A stretch of DNA of 63,271 nucleotides, counting the filler, from Octopus bimaculoides (taxonomy: Eukaryota), in NCBI RefSeq assembly GCF_001194135.2. It is 5 parts of 5 records of this genome, joined end to end, with 100 filler letters (N's around TTAATTAATTAA, not from the genome) between each part and the next. Parts side by side here need not be neighbours in the genome. Positions count along the whole stretch, not along the records: positions 25,071 to 45,725 come from NC_069002.1; 4 more parts are not named here. One strand, written 5' to 3'. The notes under the pieces were generated by a model that was not told the DNA's origin, did no database searches, and worked only from the letters and a program-made list of their open reading frames with translations. Of the stretch, positions 26,366 through 39,511 are shown piece by piece. Numbering within the stretch: the stretch's first letter is position 1; each line of letters opens with the position of its first letter. The position numbers and the translations under genes are program-made.

Positions 26366-26646
26366 TAGATAAAGATGGCTATGGCCGGTTCATAGGGTTA
26401 CACGGGATTTTGCATCCATAAAGCACTTAGCTTTGTGGTGTTTCTTCAGAATGGCCATTAGAATCTGAAGAAATGCTGTAAAGCTAAGTGCTTTATGGAT
26501 GGGAAATCCAGGGTAACTCCATAGACCAGCTATTGCCATCTTTATCTATTTATACATATATGTATTTGGCTAAAGATAGATAAAGCCAGTTCATTGAGTT
26601 ACCCAGGTTTCGCATCCATAAAGTGCTTAGCTTTATAATGTCTCAG
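26366..26646. ncRNA. Inverted repeat carrying three degenerate Penelope-type minimal hammerhead motifs (-, +, -)
   Basis: + copy: CTGAAGA 26465-26471, stem II CTGTAAAG/CTTTATGG, GAAAT, CCAGG, GTA, ACTC. Minus copy 26596-26646 has GAAAC-CTGG-GTA-ACTC. Confidence 0.55.
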
Positions 26647-26651
26647 ACATC

Positions 26652-27047
26652 ATGGAAACCAAGTTCCCCCAAACTCTGATGGTCTTTGAGTGTGTCTCTA
26701 GTGAGGGTAATGTCATGCTGTCCCATAACTTTGAACCGGGCCTTAGTCTCAGTTCAGATGGCAATGTGAAGCTGCTGAAGTCTGTGGTCAAACCCAGGCT
26801 GGAAATGGTTGCTGCTAGAAATCTAAATGTGTAGCAGCAGGATTTAGCTCCTTGCCATATCACAAAAAAGAGTCGGAAGCAGTTGGCAGAGAATTTCTTC
26901 AGCTTCACCAGACCGAATCTCTGGCCTCCTGCATGAAGCGTGGTTGAGAAAGACACCGACTATTCTGTCTGCAACACCAAGGCCAAACTGGTGGCCGAGG
27001 TGATAGCCAAGATCAAGGACATGTTTGAAGATCGTTCCAGGGACACA
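26652..27047 (+). mobile_element. DD37D/maT-type Tc1/mariner transposase pseudogene fragment
   Basis: METKFPQTLMVFECVSSEGNVM..FEPGL..LKSVVKP...V*QQDLAPCH...NLWPP..VEKDT..NTKAKL; matches the maT pattern TKFPxxVMVFGxVSSEG..QQDSAPxH..WPP. Confidence 0.85.
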
Positions 27048-27048
27048 T

Positions 27049-27363
27049 ATGGCGCACATGCAGTTAGCCACCAGATGAGATGTGACCCACAAATCAATCT
27101 TCCTTGCCCCTTTCTCATTGAGGGCCATACAACACTTTGTGGCACACAGTGCTTGACGCATAAAGAGCAGTATGACAGTGATGCTGACACATGACACATT
27201 CTCTTGTGTCCAGTCCGTTCCTGCAAAACCCCTACCCCACTCCACTCTATCGTAGATTCTTGTGGTGTGTCACAAAGTGCTGTATGGTCCTCAATGAGAA
27301 AGGGGCAAGGAAGATTGATTTGTGGGTCACATCTCATCTGGTGGCTAACTGCATGTGCGCCAT
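27049..27363. mobile_element. MITE-like element, about 315 bp, with about 99-bp terminal inverted repeats (27049-27147 and 27265-27363)
   Basis: Arms are near-perfect reverse complements (ATGGCGCACATGCAGTTAGCC... / ...GGCTAACTGCATGTGCGCCAT). No TSD resolved. Confidence 0.8.
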
Positions 27364-27419
27364 TGTACTACTTGACCAGGACTGTCCTGAAGTTTGACCA
27401 CAGCAGCTATAGTACTACC

Positions 27420-28233
27420 TTGGCATCAGTATTATAACGTTACAGCACTATACCTCAGTCCTACTGCCATACCGTTGCAGACCCATTGACATGCTACCAC
27501 TGATATACTATCACAGTAACTCTGACGTTAACTGTAGTAAACAATATGATACTACACAAGTACCACCACCACCACCACCATCACCGCTACTATGCCACTA
27601 GGACCACAACATACACCATCACTACCACGATTGTCAGAATCAACACACCACCACTACTACCTTCACTGCCACTTCACATCATCACCACAAAACCACCACC
27701 ACCAACTCTACCCTCATCTCCACTACCATAACCACTGTCACTATCGTTACCACCACCAGTACCACCACAATACCCCCACCATCACCATCACTACCACCGT
27801 CAACACAACCATCATCACCACTACCACACACCACCTCCATCGCCACCACCACCACCATCGGCGATAAGTACCAGGAATCGGTGATGCTGCCTCTGTGGCC
27901 ACTGAACGTCCTAGAAATAGTAGCTGAATTTCCCTTTAATTACTCCTCCACCCCACTACCACCACTCTTTCTGCACCTCACTGGCTTCTTGACACATATG
28001 AGACAGATGAGATGGTCACATTTGGATTGTCATTGATTGCAAGTCTGCTCAATAAGGGGGCTGACTCTGGGGTTTAAATAGCCACAAGGGTAACAACATT
28101 AGAATCATTGCTATAAACCCCAAACAACAACAACTACAGCTACTACCACCACCACCACCACCGCCTGTACTACTATCATTATTATGAAGACAATGACAAC
28201 CACAGAGATGACAACCATCACCACTACCACCAT

Positions 28234-28275
<42 letters not shown>

Positions 28276-29770
28276 AACAACTACTACCATGACGACGACC
28301 ATTACTACTACCACTACTGCAACTACTACCATCACTACTATGACAACAATTATTACCACAATGATGACAACTACTACCACCACCACCATCACCATAACTA
28401 CTACTACAACGACGACGACGACAAAAATGTCTACCACCACCACTACTATAACTACTATCACAATACTACTTCCACTACTGCTATAAGCACTAACGCATAT
28501 ACCACCACCACCACTGCAGCTGCCACTACTACAACGACTACTACTGATATGACCACTACTACTATGACCATGACACTCACTATCTTGAACACTACCACCA
28601 CCACACAACCACCAACGTCACCATTACTGCCAACACCACCAACTGTGCCACTACCACCACCACAACCACTACTTCCACCTCCAACACCACTACCACTACC
28701 TCCACCACATCCACCATCACCACTACCACCAACTCCACTACCACTACCTCTTCCACTACCACCACCACAACTACCACCACCACCACTACCAACACCACCA
28801 CCACCACCACCATTGCAATTACTACCACCATCATCACTGCAACCACCACCGCCACCACCAAAACCACCACCACCACCACCACCACCAGACAACCGCCATC
28901 ACCATCATCACTACCATTGTCCCCGTCACACCACCATCAACACCACCACCACCACTACCAACAATTACACAATAATTTTCATTACTATTACAACCACTGA
29001 ACACACCACCATTAACACTACCACCACAACCACCACCACCACCATTATTACCACTATTAACTCAATAATTACTACTACTGCTGCTGCTACCACTACTACT
29101 ACTACTACCACTACTACTACCACTACTACTTCTATAATTGCTATAGAATATAAGAGGACATGTTGCTATGACAACAGGCTTACAGTTTCAATCCAGCATG
29201 GCCAGTTACCATGACAACGGCATTTGCTGAGCTCATAAGGTCAACGGTTCAAACGAAGCTGCAGGCATTGTGTTGTTTGTTAGACGTTTGGTGGTGGTGA
29301 CAGGGAGAGTAGGAAGAGCAGTGATGGTGGTAGTAGTGGTGGTGAAGATGGTGGTGGTGGTGGTGTTGGCAGCAGTGCAGACAGTAGTGGTAGTGGCTGT
29401 AGTGGTCGTGGTGGTGGTTATGATTGCAAAGGCAATGGTAGTAGTAAGAGTACTGGTGGTCATGATGGAAGTAGCGGAGGTTGTAGTTGTGGTTATGGTA
29501 GTGGTGGTAGTTTTTATGATGATGAAGATAATGCTGATGGTTATGGTAGTTGTAGTGGTGGTGGTTGTTATGATTGTGAAGGTGGTAGCGGTGACAGTAT
29601 TGGTGTTTAGGATGGTGGTAGTGGAGTTTGTTTTTGTGTTGTTCTTGCTGTTAGTGGTGGTGGTGGTTGTGGTGGTGGTTGTGGTGGTGGTGGTGGTGGG
29701 GTTTGTTTTGGTGCTGTTGTTGGTGGTGATGTTGAAGGTTGCAGTGATGGTGGTAGTGGTGGTGGTGGCT
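27420..29770. repeat. Compound CAC/TAC/AAC trinucleotide low-complexity region, switching to GTG/GTA after about 29290
   Basis: Direct reading; source of the poly-T/P/V/G pseudo-ORFs. Confidence 0.9.
29162..29218. promoter_or_regulatory. Two RFX X-box consensus matches (GTTGCTATGACAAC; GTTACCATGACAAC)
   Basis: Both fit GTHNYY-AT-RRNAAC; starts 43 bp apart, in a unique island between low-complexity tracts. Confidence 0.5.
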
Positions 29771-30575
29771 CTAGGACACTCTCATATATAGATCCGCACA
29801 CACATCTCGAATGTACACATGCACACATATATATATACACACACATATACACACATGTGTATGCACTCAAAAATTTACAAATGCAAACACATATATACAC
29901 ACACTCATAAAAACATTGACATTTAATTGTGCACACATACACTTATACACACGCACATACACATGTGTGCACACATACACTTGCATTAACATTCTACCAT
30001 ACATACTTACACCTATTCTCACACATATGCATACGCAATTACATATATGCATGAATATGTAAACACAGAACAAATAGACAAGGACCTAACTATACACAGT
30101 TTAAATATATAAACGACTGCATAGAATGCTACCACACAAATGCGTCTAAGCAGATGTGTACATATACCTATGGCTATCTATCTATCTATCCATCCTTCTG
30201 TCTGTCTGTCTATCAACTTGTTTGTGTGGCTCTTTTTCTCTTTCTCTCTCTCTATATGTTTATACATACATATACTTGTCTGTGTGTATATGTGTGTGTG
30301 TGTGTGTGTATATAAGTATATATATATATATATATATATATANNNNNNNNNNNNNNNNNNNNNNNNNNNNNNNNNNNNNNNNNNNNNNNNNNNNNNNNNN
30401 NNNNNNNNNNNNNNNNNNNNNNNNNNNNNNNNNNNNNNNNNNNNNNNNNNNNNNNNNNNNNNNNNNNNNNNNNNNNNNNNNNNNNNNNNNNNNNNNNNNN
30501 NNNNNNNNNNNNNNNNNNNNNNNNNNNNNNNNNNNNNNNNNNNNNNNNNNNNNNNNNNNNNNNNNNNNNNNNNNN

Positions 30576-30620
<45 letters not shown>

Positions 30621-30975
30621 GTACAGATATATATGTATGTATATGTATGTATCATCATCATCATTTAACACCCATTTTCCCTGCTGGCAGGGGTTGGATG
30701 GTTTGACCAGAGCTGGTAAAGCCAGGGGTTACACCAGGCTCCTATGTTCATTCTGGCGCAGTTTCTATGGCTAGTTGCCCTTCCTAGTGCCAACCACTCT
30801 TCTTGCATTGCACCAGCCAAGTGCTTCTTATGTGGCACCCAGCACTGATATCAACCCATCCATTCAGCATGGTACCAGATATCTCAGTTTTTGTCATCCC
30901 CTTCATAAGACCCATCCTTGCCACCCCTGGTTGATGACTGGTGTTTGTTTGTTTACATCCATGTAAACTGTGTGT

Positions 30976-31353
30976 GTTGGCACTTGGTCGCTTACGACGT
31001 CGAGGGTTCCAGTTGATCCGATCAACGGAACAGCCTGCTCGTGAAATTAACGTGCAAGTGGCTGAGCACTCCACAGACACGTGTATCCTTAACGTAGTTC
31101 TCGGGATATTCAGCGTGACACAGTGTGGCAAGACTGGCCCCTTTGAATTACAGGCACAACAGAAACAGGAAGTAAGAGTGAGAGAAAGTTGTGGTGAAAG
31201 AGTACAGCAGGGTTCGCCACCATCCCCTGCCGGAGCCTCGTGGAGTTTTAGGTGTTTTTGCTCAATAAACACTCACAACGCCCGGTCTGGGAATTGAAAC
31301 CGCGATCCTATGACCGCGAGTCCGCTGCCCTAACCATTGGGCCATTGCGCCTC
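30976..31353 (-). mobile_element. SINE family A, full length (tRNA-like head, possibly Arg-related)
   Basis: Minus strand reads GAGGCGCAATGGCCCAATGGTTAGGGCAGCGGACTCGCGGTCATAGGATCGCGGTTTCAATTCC, with A- and B-box-like motifs followed by a long non-tRNA body. Confidence 0.9.
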
Positions 31354-32246
31354 TACTCATGAAAACTAACAGTCCTGCAAAAGACAACAATTGAATAAGC
31401 GCCATGCTTTAAGACCAGAAGTAAGGACACGGGCCGATTTCTTTGACTAAACCATTGCAAGCAGTTCCGCAGCAACTCCAAAACAAAAGACAAATGGTAT
31501 TTTACATGGAAGGTGAAAATATATAAATAAATTCGCAAAATAACTTATAAAACATCAAATAACTTGCGAAATGTTTATAAGAAAAATCTAAAGTTATAAA
31601 ACAGTAAAGTGTGAAAATATTTTGAATTGTTCTCTTTGAAATACATGAACAATATTTCCGCTAAATCTTCAAAAATTATGACTGCTACGATAATATCGTC
31701 ATGACACCAAAAGTTGGAATGGTAGGCGGAAAAGACAAAGAAGTGTAAACATGGAGACAGGAAGCAGGATGGAAGGTGATCGCAGTGAATGTAAGCCAGA
31801 GTGTGTAAGCCATGTGTTTTGAGCAAAAGATAAATGTTCAAAAATGAACATTAAATGCAAAAACATTTTTATTAAAATATATTAAAATATGAAGAATTCT
31901 TAAGATTTTAACTGCGATTTTTGATTGATCCAACAGATGCATCATCATTAACATCATCATCATCATCACCATCATCATCATTATCACTGTAGTCGTCGTC
32001 GTCATTTTATTGTCCACTTTTCCATGCTTGCGTTGGTTGCGTAGAATTCATTGAGGGGGGATATTTTACAGCTGGGTACTCTTCCTGTTGCCAACCCTTA
32101 CTTGTTTTCCAAGTAAGGTAATATTTCCTCTCCATGGGAAATGTGTAATCATGGAAGATAGCAAATAAAAGACATGATGTTGATGTCTTTTCAAAAGGAG
32201 ACATTTGCACACCCATCAACCTACACACACATGCCTACACTCCCCT

Positions 32247-32277
<31 letters not shown>

Positions 32278-33207
32278 NNNNNNNNNNNNNNNNNNNNNNN
32301 NNNNNNNNNNNNNNNNNNNNNNNNNNNNNNNNNNNNNNNNNNNNNNNNNNNNNNNNNNNNNNNNNNNNNNNNNNNNNNNNNNNNNNNNNNNNNNNNNNNN
32401 NNNNNNNNNNNNNNNNNNNNNNNNNNNNNNNNNNNNNNNNNNNNNNNNNNNNNNNNNNNNNNNNNNNNNNNNNNNNNNNNNNNNNNNNNNNNNNNNNNNN
32501 NNNNNNNNNNNNNNNNNNNNNNNNNNNNNNNNNNNNNNNNNNNNNNNNNNNNNNNNNNNNNNNNNNNNNNNNNNNNNNNNNNNNNNNNNNNNNNNNNNNN
32601 NNNNNNNNNNNNNNNNNNNNNNNNNNNNNNNNNNNNNNNNNNNNNNNNNNNNNNNNNNNNNNNNNNNNNNNNNNNNNNNNNNNNNNNNNNNNNNNNNNNN
32701 NNNNNNNNNNNNNNNNNNNNNNNNNNNNNNNNNNNNNNNNNNNNNNNNNNNNNNNNNNNNNNNNNNNNNNNNNNNNNNNNNNNNNNNNNNNNNNNNNNNN
32801 NNNNNNNNNNNNNNNNNNNNNNNNNNGCGCCTATATATATATATATATATATATATATTCATGAAGTCAAAGAAGGAGACAGTAACGCATACATACATAT
32901 GCACACACATGGTAGGACTTTTTTAGTTTCTCTCTCTCAGATCCACTCACAATGTTTTGGCTGGCCTGAGAATATAGTAGAAAATAATTGCATTTGGTGC
33001 TATGCAGTGGAATTGAACCTAATATCTACGAGGTGTAGGGATGGATGCATGATTAAGAAGTTTGACCATAACTAACCAGGGGCAACAAAGCAACAACAAA
33101 AATAAGATGAAGAAGTTTCAGCACTGTCCCCCTCAACGACAACACCCACCCCCTCCATGTAATACATGATGCAACAGCTTATTAATTAATTTTGTCTTGC
33201 ATTCCAG

Positions 33208-33393
33208 GAATTATGACAAGGAAGATTTTGGTAAAATTCCTTCTCTGCTTCCAAGATCCTAACATTAGTATACGTGCTGAGACATGTATGACATCTTGCA
33301 GACTGAAGATTGCAGAACCAAGGATTCTGGAGCAGTTGATTGCAGTGGCATCACAGGATCCAATTTGGAAGATTAGGAAGTTAGCAATAGAAG
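33208..33393 (+). CDS. HEATR4: HEAT-repeat exon, HEATR4-like (G-IMTRKILVKFLLCFQDPNISIRAETCMTSCRLKIAEPRILEQLIAVASQDPIWKIRKLAIE+G), phase 1-1
   Basis: ttccag acceptor, gtaaga donor; 186 nt open. Matches, from memory, the vertebrate HEATR4 segment LMTAKLLPSFLHCFSDDF..VR..AC.....L....DPYWKIKAFAIRALG. No other exon found in the window. Confidence 0.78.
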
Positions 33394-33838
33394 GTAAGAA
33401 CATATCAATAGATTTGTCAATTTTGTCTGATGTTAGAGTGTACATACATCCCAACCAAATGATTCTGAGTTCAATCCCACTCTGTGACATCTTGATCAGG
33501 TCTCTTCTACTTATAACCTTGGGCAGAGAAAGCCCTTGTGGGTGGATTTGGTAGATGGAAACTGAAAGAAGTGCATGGTATATGTGTGTGTGTGTCTATT
33601 TGTCCCCACCCCCCAGCACTTGACAACTAGTATTGCCATGTTTACATCCCTGTAACTTAGCCATGTGGCAAAGGAGATTGATAGAACCAGTCTTAAAAAA
33701 TAAAGTACTGAGGTCAATTCGTTGGTCTAAAAATTCTCTAGGGTGGTGCCTCAGTATAATCTAATGACCAAAATAAGTAATATATATATATATATATATT
33801 GTTGTGTGTAGGGAGATACAAATCAGATACAGAAACGA

Positions 33839-33869
<31 letters not shown>

Positions 33870-34171
33870 CCAAAATGGAACAAGAATGCAACAGACAACA
33901 ATAAAACAACTGGACAGATACACATTGCAAAGACAGACAGGAAAAAACAAGGATGGGTTATTCGCAGCCTCCTCTCATCAGTCAAATTACCAAATTATCC
34001 TTACAGTTTCAAGCAGTTGCACTTGAGACTGTTCATATCTGGCTGCCCCTAAAAATCTAAGCTAAGAGTATTAAATTTTTGGGGAGAAAGCAAGTGAATG
34101 TGTACAACAACAACAAAGACAAAAAAAAACGGAGAACAGTGCCATACGTACCCTTTTGCTCACCTTGTAAG

Positions 34172-34218
<47 letters not shown>

Positions 34219-34220
34219 CT

Positions 34221-34257
<37 letters not shown>

Positions 34258-35178
34258 CATATATATAGTTACATTTTGTGTAATTCCAGTGGGTTTGACT
34301 TGTGTAAATATCAAATATAAACACTTCCATATTTACACAAGATCAGGTAATGGGTATATATATGTGTGTGAGTATGTGTGCATGTATATATATGCACACA
34401 CACACACATACAGTTTATGGACAATTTTTCAAGCATAAAATGTTTTGGGTGATGAATGGTGTCTTGAGTAATAAATACCGAAGCCAGCCACAATGGCGGG
34501 TGACAAGCTGGGAATATTAACAGAAGAATATCAGCTGGCGTCTGACTTCCATTCAGTGCACATCCTTTCTCAAATTTACCAGCCTTTCTCTTGAATTTCC
34601 AACTGGAAATGCAATACAGCTTGGCACCAGTAACCATGTGACTCATTTCTGCAGCTGAGTGAACAGGACCAACATGACACTCAGCCCAGTCCAGAAATCG
34701 AACTCACTACTTCATGATTATGAGCCAGATATTCTAACCACTGAGCCATGCATCTTCACACATACACATACACACATATATATATATTCTTTTACTTATT
34801 TAAGTCTCTCTCCATCAAGTTCTCTCTCTCTCTCTTATGGCTTTCCCCTCTCTATATATATTTACCTCACTCTTTATCACTCTCTCTATATATATATTTT
34901 ATCTTTTACCTTTTTACTTGTTTCAGTAATTTGAGTGGCCATGCTGGGGCGTCACCTTGAACGGTTTTTAGTTGAACAAATCAACCCCAAGACTTATTAT
35001 ATTTTTTAAAGCCTGGTACTTATTCTACCGGTCATTTATAGTAAACTGCTAAGTCATGGAGGATGTAAACACACCAACACTGGTTGCCAAGTGCAGGTGG
35101 GGGGGGGGACAAACACTGGCACTAGACACACACATATAAATATATACATACATGCATACATGTGTGTGTGTGTGTATG

Positions 35179-35221
<43 letters not shown>

Positions 35222-36094
35222 NNNNNNNNNNNNNNNNNNNNNNNNNNNNNNNNNNNNNNNNNNNNNNNNNNNNNNNNNNNNNNNNNNNNNNNNNNNNNNN
35301 NNNNNNNNNNNNNNNNNNNNNNNNNNNNNNNNNNNNNNNNNNNNNNNNNNNNNNNNNNNNNNNNNNNNNNNNNNNNNNNNNNNNNNNNNNNNNNNNNNNN
35401 NNNNNNNNNNNNNNNNNNNNNNNNNNNNNNNNNNNNNNNNNNNNNNNNNNNNNNNNNNNNNNNNNNNNNNNNNNNNNNNNNNNNNNNNNNNNNNNNNNNN
35501 NNNNNNNNNNNNNNNNNNNNNNNNNNNNNNNNNNNNNNNNNNNATATATATATATATGTATGAGACAGGCTTCTCTCATTTTCTGTCTACCAAATCCACT
35601 TGCAAGGCTTTGATAAGCCAGATGTGCCACGCAGTGTGATTGAACCTAGAACCATGTGGTTGGGAAGCAAGCTTCCTACCACACATTCACCCCTACACCT
35701 ATATGTATATCTCGCGTACATGCTGTTCCCACATTTCTCTCTTCTTATGACATCTAATTGGTTTCATTTCGTTTAAAACTTTGTCACTGTAATGTTTACT
35801 TTCATTTGATGATAGACAAGTATTATGCAGAAAATGCTGACTTCCAAATCCTGTTTTCTGATTGGGTAAAAATTATCAAACTGTAAACCACTGTAGCATT
35901 TAAAAAAAACTTTTCTGCCCGAAAAGGACTCTCAAAATCAGATTCAGTGTGAAAGAGTACATCAGTCTATCAAATTTGAAAATTTTTACTTAATTTTAAA
36001 ATTTCAAAATCTGTAACGGAGACAGGAAAGATCTCTATTTGTTTATCTGTTTCATTTATGCTTTTCTCATTATAAATTTGCCTCTTTCTGTATA

Positions 36095-36260
36095 CAGGGT
36101 ACGGTGAATAAACTGTTGTCTAAATTTCGCAAAAATGAAAATAATACTGACATCTCACTTTAAAAGATATATTTACCAAAATTGCATAAAAATGTCTTGA
36201 AATACTAAAGAGTAAATTTATTCAATAAAAAGTGCCATTGGCTTCAATTACGGCCTCCAG

Positions 36261-36262
<2 letters not shown>
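36095..36262 (-). mobile_element. 3' end and TIR of a maT/Tc1-mariner element
   Basis: TA|CAGGGT terminus; the minus strand encodes RLEAVIEANG, the typical DD37D transposase C-terminus. Confidence 0.7.
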
Positions 36263-36304
<42 letters not shown>

Positions 36305-37579
36305 CCGAGCNNNNNNNNNNNNNNNNNNNNNNNNNNNNNNNNNNNNNNNNNNNNTGTGTGTGTGTGTGTGTGTGTGTGTGTATCTATATATGTGTACTGT
36401 TGCAAATATCTCAAGGATCGAAACTGTAATGTTCTTTATAAAAGTATTTTAGCATTTTCTACTTTGTCTTTTTCACATATATATATGTATAAAATAAAAG
36501 CAATCAATTTTGAAGAATTTATTTCTTCAAAGAAAATAATGTCATTTGATGGATTTAGATACTTAATCTAGTATATAATAGACATGTACTGTGCAGATTT
36601 TAATGATCTAGCCCACTTGGACATCGTACTAATGAGTAATGCCCACACAGATTATACATTATAATGAGACATGTCTATATACTTTTGAAACGTCTGTGTA
36701 CATATACATATTCACACACATACTTAATTTCATGTGCATTCATGCATTTCCCTGTGTGAGAGAGTGTAGGATTATTCTAGAAGATTTCCTGTCTGTATAT
36801 TAATTAAGCACACACTTTTATGTCTGCATTTTGTTTATTCCAGTTCAGCCTAACATACCAGTCTTCAGTTTGTTCATATTACTCTAGAAGCTGTGTCTTT
36901 TAAGATGCCCAGCATCATGCATATATATATTTCTGTGTCTATAAATGTCTCTACACATATATACATATATTTATGCATATATATGCATGTAATCGATAGC
37001 ACTTAAGACACAGTATGTGGCCATAAATATTATCATCTTATATTTTGCCAACATCATCTTCGCTTTTGACATTTCATATATTTATCAAGAGAAAATAGGG
37101 TTTAGATCTAAAGTCATTCACATACACAGACATAATATCCAGACTTTTTTTTCAGTTATTTTCCAATTGCATACGTACATTTATGCTTTAAAGTATATAT
37201 ATATATATTATACACACACATATATGTATATATATATATATATATGGAAATATTTTCTTTGAAAATGTAATAGATTGTAACAAAGAATAATAATTAAGAT
37301 CATTTTCCTGGGCAGGGCCCCCAGAGATGCATAAAACCTCTGACATATCTGTATCTTAAATCGCCTTATTATATACGGTCTGATACCAGGCTGGGAGGTC
37401 TAGAGGGTTTTATATTGTGGCTGTGCATCTGCTGTGAACAAACAAATTATTTCCCTGTGTCTGCATTCTATATGTGGGTATATGCAAACACACACATGCA
37501 TATGTAGCTCTCTCTCTCTCTTACTGCACACATACAGACACACACACATAATCACAGACACTTGTAGACATATCGTCAT

Positions 37580-37621
<42 letters not shown>

Positions 37622-38676
37622 GATATACAAGCAAGTGTGTGTATGAATATATTACATATATTCATAAGTATATACATATATGTGTGTCTGTGTATGTCTG
37701 TCTGTNNNNNNNNNNCAAGTGTGTGTATGAATATATTACATATATTCATAAGTATATACATATATGTGTGTCTGTGTATGTCTGTCTGTGTATATCTGTC
37801 TGTCTCACTCTTTCTCTCTATCTCCACCTCTCTCATTTGATATATATATGTATGTATGTGTGTGCATGTATGTGTGTATGTCAGTATACATAATATATAT
37901 ATGTGTGTGCATATATATATATACATACACACACACACACACAACAATCACATACCACCTGACACACATGCACACACACACACACACACACAAGCATATA
38001 CATAGATACAGAAGGCAGCCACATATATTCACACAAATCATTTCTCTTCCAAACCAATGGCGATTATTGATTAAATATTTTTGAAGACTTCCAGCGTTAA
38101 ACCGAACTCTTCATGTTGAAATGTCAAAAGAGTTGTTTCCATCTTGGAATTGGACAAATTGAAAGAACACAAGAGAGAAATCTTTCAACATTACTATCAT
38201 TATTATAGAAATGTCCTGAAAAATCTACAAAGCAACAAAGAAAAGCTGCATAAGAAAAAAAATAAATCTGTGTCATGGCCTAAATATGTATATATATACA
38301 AATATATACACACACATCTAATTGTGTAGATGTGTGTGTTTATCTATATATCTATGTGTATATACATATGTATATGCATATATATATGTGAGTGTATATA
38401 CATACACACACATAGATATACAGTAATGCTGTCTTTCATCATGAGAGAAATCATTGGTGCATATAATATATTTATAACTACATATATATCTATGCACTTG
38501 TGTGTGTGTGTGCGCGTGTGTGTGTGTTTGTGTCCATGTATATCTCTTGTATACATATAATGATATATATATAATTTAAGTGATTATCTCAGAATACAAC
38601 CAGTGACAGATGTCTGCAGACATATATGCGAGTGTTGAGTTAATATGTGTGTGTCTATGTTTGCAATGTATGTATG

Positions 38677-38778
<102 letters not shown>

Positions 38779-39070
38779 TGTGTATATATATATATATGTG
38801 TGTGTGTGTGTATGTGTGTGTGTGTTCGTGCGTGTGTGTGTGTGTGTATATATATGTGTGTTTGTGTGTAGATATAAACATATCTATATATACATGGTAT
38901 ACATATATGTATTGATATATCTATATCTATCTGTCTCTGTCTCTCTCTCTCACTAGCTATCTATCTCTGTCTCTTCCTTTCTCTTTCTATATATGTATGT
39001 ATATGCACACACACACACACACATATACATTCATATATATATATCATAGTGTGTGTATATGAAAGTGTGA

Positions 39071-39110
<40 letters not shown>

Positions 39111-39453
39111 CATAAGATATTAAAAGTGGGCAGTCCAACTGCTCTACATCTTCGAGTGTGCTTCTTCAGATTTATATTTTCTACAAACGATATATATATA
39201 TATATATATATATCATCATCGTTTAGCATCCGCTTTCCATGCTATCATGGGTTGGACGATTTGCATGGTTTCTACGGCTAGATGCCCTTCCTAATGCCAA
39301 CCATGCCAGAAGGCTGCACCAGGCTCCAAGCTGATCTGGCAGAGTTTCAACAGCTAGATGCCTTTCCTAACGCCAACCACTTAAAGAGTGTAGTGGGTGC
39401 TTTTACGTGCCACCACCACGAGGGCCAGTCACACAGTACTGACAATGGCCATG

Positions 39454-39509
<56 letters not shown>

Positions 39510-39511
<2 letters not shown>

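Noticed and set aside
28111-29942. Poly-T/P/V/G ORFs resembling mucin, extensin or glycine-rich proteins
   Set aside because: Pure trinucleotide low complexity, open in several frames on both strands; no splice or start context.
31280-31353. tRNA gene (also at 17662, 57353 and the family B heads)
   Set aside because: SINE heads: no complete cloverleaf, and they continue into shared multi-copy bodies.
37633-37789. 73-bp direct repeat flanking a 10-N gap
   Set aside because: Identical copies on either side of a minimal gap indicate an unmerged contig overlap.
38040-38260. Possible next HEATR4 exon or a minus-strand terminal exon
   Set aside because: The phase-1 frame hits a stop, has no suitable donor and does not match the expected ALGQIG..LLW segment.
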